This document shows, one piece after another, positions 63,101 to 64,000 of a DNA stretch of 64,000 bases. Positions within the stretch are counted from its first letter, which is position 1; each line of letters opens with the position of its first letter. Source of the stretch: Lepidodermella squamata (lineage: Eukaryota > Animalia > Gastrotricha); contig JBLDXI010000042.1 in assembly GCA_047495785.1 (NCBI GenBank), positions 4,402,001 through 4,466,000 on the forward strand, read 5' to 3'. The position numbers and the translations under genes were made by a program. The notes under the pieces were generated by a model. That model searched no databases and had not been told where the DNA came from. It saw only the letters and a list, made by a program, of their open reading frames with translations.

Positions 63101-63722
63101 GCGAAAATGGAGAAACTGCGCATGGATTTCAAGGCGAAATACGAAAAGGTAATGGCTTCGGTGTCGGGCAAATCTGAAGAACTAGGCTCTCTCACTGCGA
63201 AAATCCAACAGCTATCCGGCGAATTGGAGGCGAAGAGCGACGAGGCGAAACAGCTCGGTGATCAATGCCGCGAATTGTCGGCTAAAAATCAAAATTTAAT
63301 CGCAGAAAAGTCGCAAATCGAACAAGATTTAGCCGGAAAATCGCAAAAATTGACCGAATCTACCCAATCAATCGAGCAGAAATCGGCTGAAATCGATCAG
63401 CTGCAAACCGATTTGGCAAAAACTCGGGCAGAATTGGCTGATCTATTGGCGAAAAATGAGGAATTGACTCGGGAAATTGAGGAAAAATCGCGGTTGGTCA
63501 ACGAGCGGCCGGTTGGCAACCCGGATGCCGATGCGCAGTTGGCGAAATTGCAGCAGGATTTGCATGACAAGAATGAAGTTGTAACGAAATTGAAGCAAAT
63601 CGCGGTGAAACAGAAGAAGGAGCTGATTGAGACGAAGGCGAAAGCGGACGAAGAGCGGACGCGATTGGAGGGAGAACTTGCGAGAAAAGCGAAGGAATTC
63701 ATGGACCTTCATCGCATGCAAG
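57183..63722 (+). CDS. GCC2: TGN golgin GCC185-like coiled-coil protein, 3'-partial; exons 57183-57312, 57552-57622, 57683-57766, 57880-58029, 58754-58983, 60412-63722
   Basis: N-terminal LDDLPREDLVRFVKKQ and later KLKQIAVKQKKEL resemble GCC2; continuous heptads; splice phases consistent if the first intron is GC-AG; GRIP domain expected beyond the window. Confidence 0.75.
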
Positions 63723-64000
63723 GTTTGCAGTTTTTATTTTCTTCGTTTTTTATCGAGAACACGGCTCTCAAATTTGTAGGCAGTGGAAAATATTTTGAAT
63801 TCTGACTTGGGTTAAATAGTTATTTATTTTTATTTAGTCAAGAGCACAAATTCCAAAGTTGAGAGCTCAGTGAAGAGAAGAGTAAAAATTCGGGAAATCA
63901 TGTCAATTCGGTCCGTTTTGGCATCAGTAACAGTACCCAGCAAAGGATTCTTCCATTATAGTTACTAAAATTACTAAAATACCTAACTGCGAGAAATAAT

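Overview
Gene-dense 64 kb segment of a compact animal (metazoan, probably protostome invertebrate) nuclear genome with spliceosomal introns as short as about 50 nt; no prokaryotic features. Gene order: last exon of a peptide-type GPCR; a two-exon secreted peptide precursor; an intronless PQQ-repeat beta-propeller with signal peptide and GPI-like tail; an intronless IPNS-family 2OG-Fe(II) oxygenase; USF-like bHLH-ZIP (-); TPRA1 (-); an SRSF3/7-family SR protein; RPS26; a signal peptide-5xLDLa-mucin-SUEL lectin-SAM protein; XRN1 (-); ATAD1 (-); a rotund/LIN-29/ZNF384-type zinc finger; one H3-H4-H2A-H2B quartet containing a 977-bp tandem duplication; LEMD3/MAN1 (-); ARL5 (-); NUFIP1; TAMM41; and GCC2, which runs off the window. 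Best candidates for new biology: (1) operon-like polycistrons in which a poly(A) hexamer lies 24-34 nt upstream of a splice acceptor just before the next gene's ATG, at five junctions, suggesting spliced-leader trans-splicing with almost no intercistronic spacer; (2) a conserved non-canonical 21-nt element after all four histone stem-loops; (3) a duplication junction creating two back-to-back histone-tail mini-ORFs, one identical to H4 85-103 (pre-OGP); (4) a predicted secreted LDLa/lectin protein with a SAM domain and no transmembrane segment. Exon structures were derived by hand and no database searches were run.
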